Assembly: GCF_035594765.1 (NCBI RefSeq)
Contig: NC_085841.1
Span: 134,835,574 to 134,899,573 of the forward strand
DNA from: Anolis carolinensis
Lineage: Eukaryota
DNA: 64,000 nt
Direction of reading: 5' to 3'
Part shown: positions 63,240 to 64,000 of the stretch, one piece after another
Numbering within the stretch: the stretch's first letter is position 1
How the letters are laid out: every line of letters starts with the position of its first letter
Program-made: the position numbers and the translations under genes
The notes under the pieces: model-generated
Seen by the model: the letters and a program-made list of their open reading frames with translations, nothing else
Databases searched by the model: none
What the model was told of the DNA's origin: nothing

Positions 63240-63874
63240 GGGCCCATCCAGACAGCCCTATAATGCAGGATCTGTTGTGGTTTTAATGTAGGCATCCAAA
63301 CGACATCTCTGATAAAACTTAATTAATTCTGAACAAAGCAGGGAAACCCAAATTAATTAAACACCTGGTAAGATCTGGATCTAAAGGGTATTACCAGGTA
63401 TGGGCCCTGTGTGGATTGGACCTAGGGATAGTGCCATGTCCAATCCACACAGCCATCTCAGTTTTTCTGGGCTTCAGGAGCCCCACTCCAATCACTCATC
63501 CCCTCCCCAACACCCAAAATAACCCCTAAAATAAAATTAAACTTACCTGGATGCTATTATGTTCCTCTTTTGCTCTCGTGGCACAAGGAAATGATGTGCC
63601 AGGAGGCAGGGGGCAAGGAGAGATTTTCCGCCTTGCCCCCATCTCTTGATACATCACTTCCTCGCACCAGGAGAGCACAGGGAGGAACATAATGGCGGTC
63701 AGGTAAGTTTCCTTTTAGGGGTTATTTTGGGGGCTTTGGAGTGGCTGCATGCCATCCTGATTATTATCAGAATGGCATGTAGCCACCCTCCCTGAGAAAT
63801 CCCAAATTTTGGGTGGGCTTGTGAGAATTCAAACCCACACCAAAGTGGGCTTTATTCCTCTATGGAAGCACCCC
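63240..63874. mobile_element. Harbinger-like non-autonomous element
   Basis: gggcccatccagaca / tatggaagcaccc termini; internal inverted repeat aataacccctaaa...acttacctg / caggtaagt...tttaggggttatt. Confidence 0.55.
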
Positions 63875-64000
63875 TAGGCAATATGGAAAATCCATATCTT
63901 TTAATATTCAGCATTCACAATGGTAAAGTTAGGCTTTGTTTAATAAAGTATTTATGAAACTAAACGATGACTGCAGGAAGGGCTAGCTACACCCTCCAAC

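Noticed and set aside
56468-64000. Next DLGAP2 exon (expected ...SPKFRSRNQSYMRAVS...)
   Set aside because: Not found by eye; presumably beyond the window.

Overview
Vertebrate (squamate) genomic DNA, not prokaryotic. The repeat content (Sauria SINEs, Anolis-type SINE2, RTE/BovB, Penelope, hAT/mariner/Harbinger MITEs) points to an Anolis-like lizard. The whole window lies inside DLGAP2 (SAPAP2) on the + strand. Three coding exons are visible: a 66-nt exon at 1636-1701 missed by the ORF track, a 1073-nt exon at 43826-44898 and a 212-nt exon at 56256-56467. The introns are dense with nested transposons. The main insertion is a young sushi/Tf1-type Ty3/Gypsy element (6384-11404, TSD CAGAC) with intact gag and nearly intact pol. 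It has a candidate self-priming PBS, a candidate -1 frameshift signal, and a 3' deletion that removes the integrase C-terminus, the PPT and most of the 3' LTR. The most intriguing observation is that its U3 encodes an acidic peptide ending in RRSARIAAK, resembling the HMGN nucleosome-binding core. Two other LTR-like relics in the window retain degenerate versions of this motif just upstream of a TATA-like box. Coordinates were counted by hand, and family names come from recognition, not database searches.
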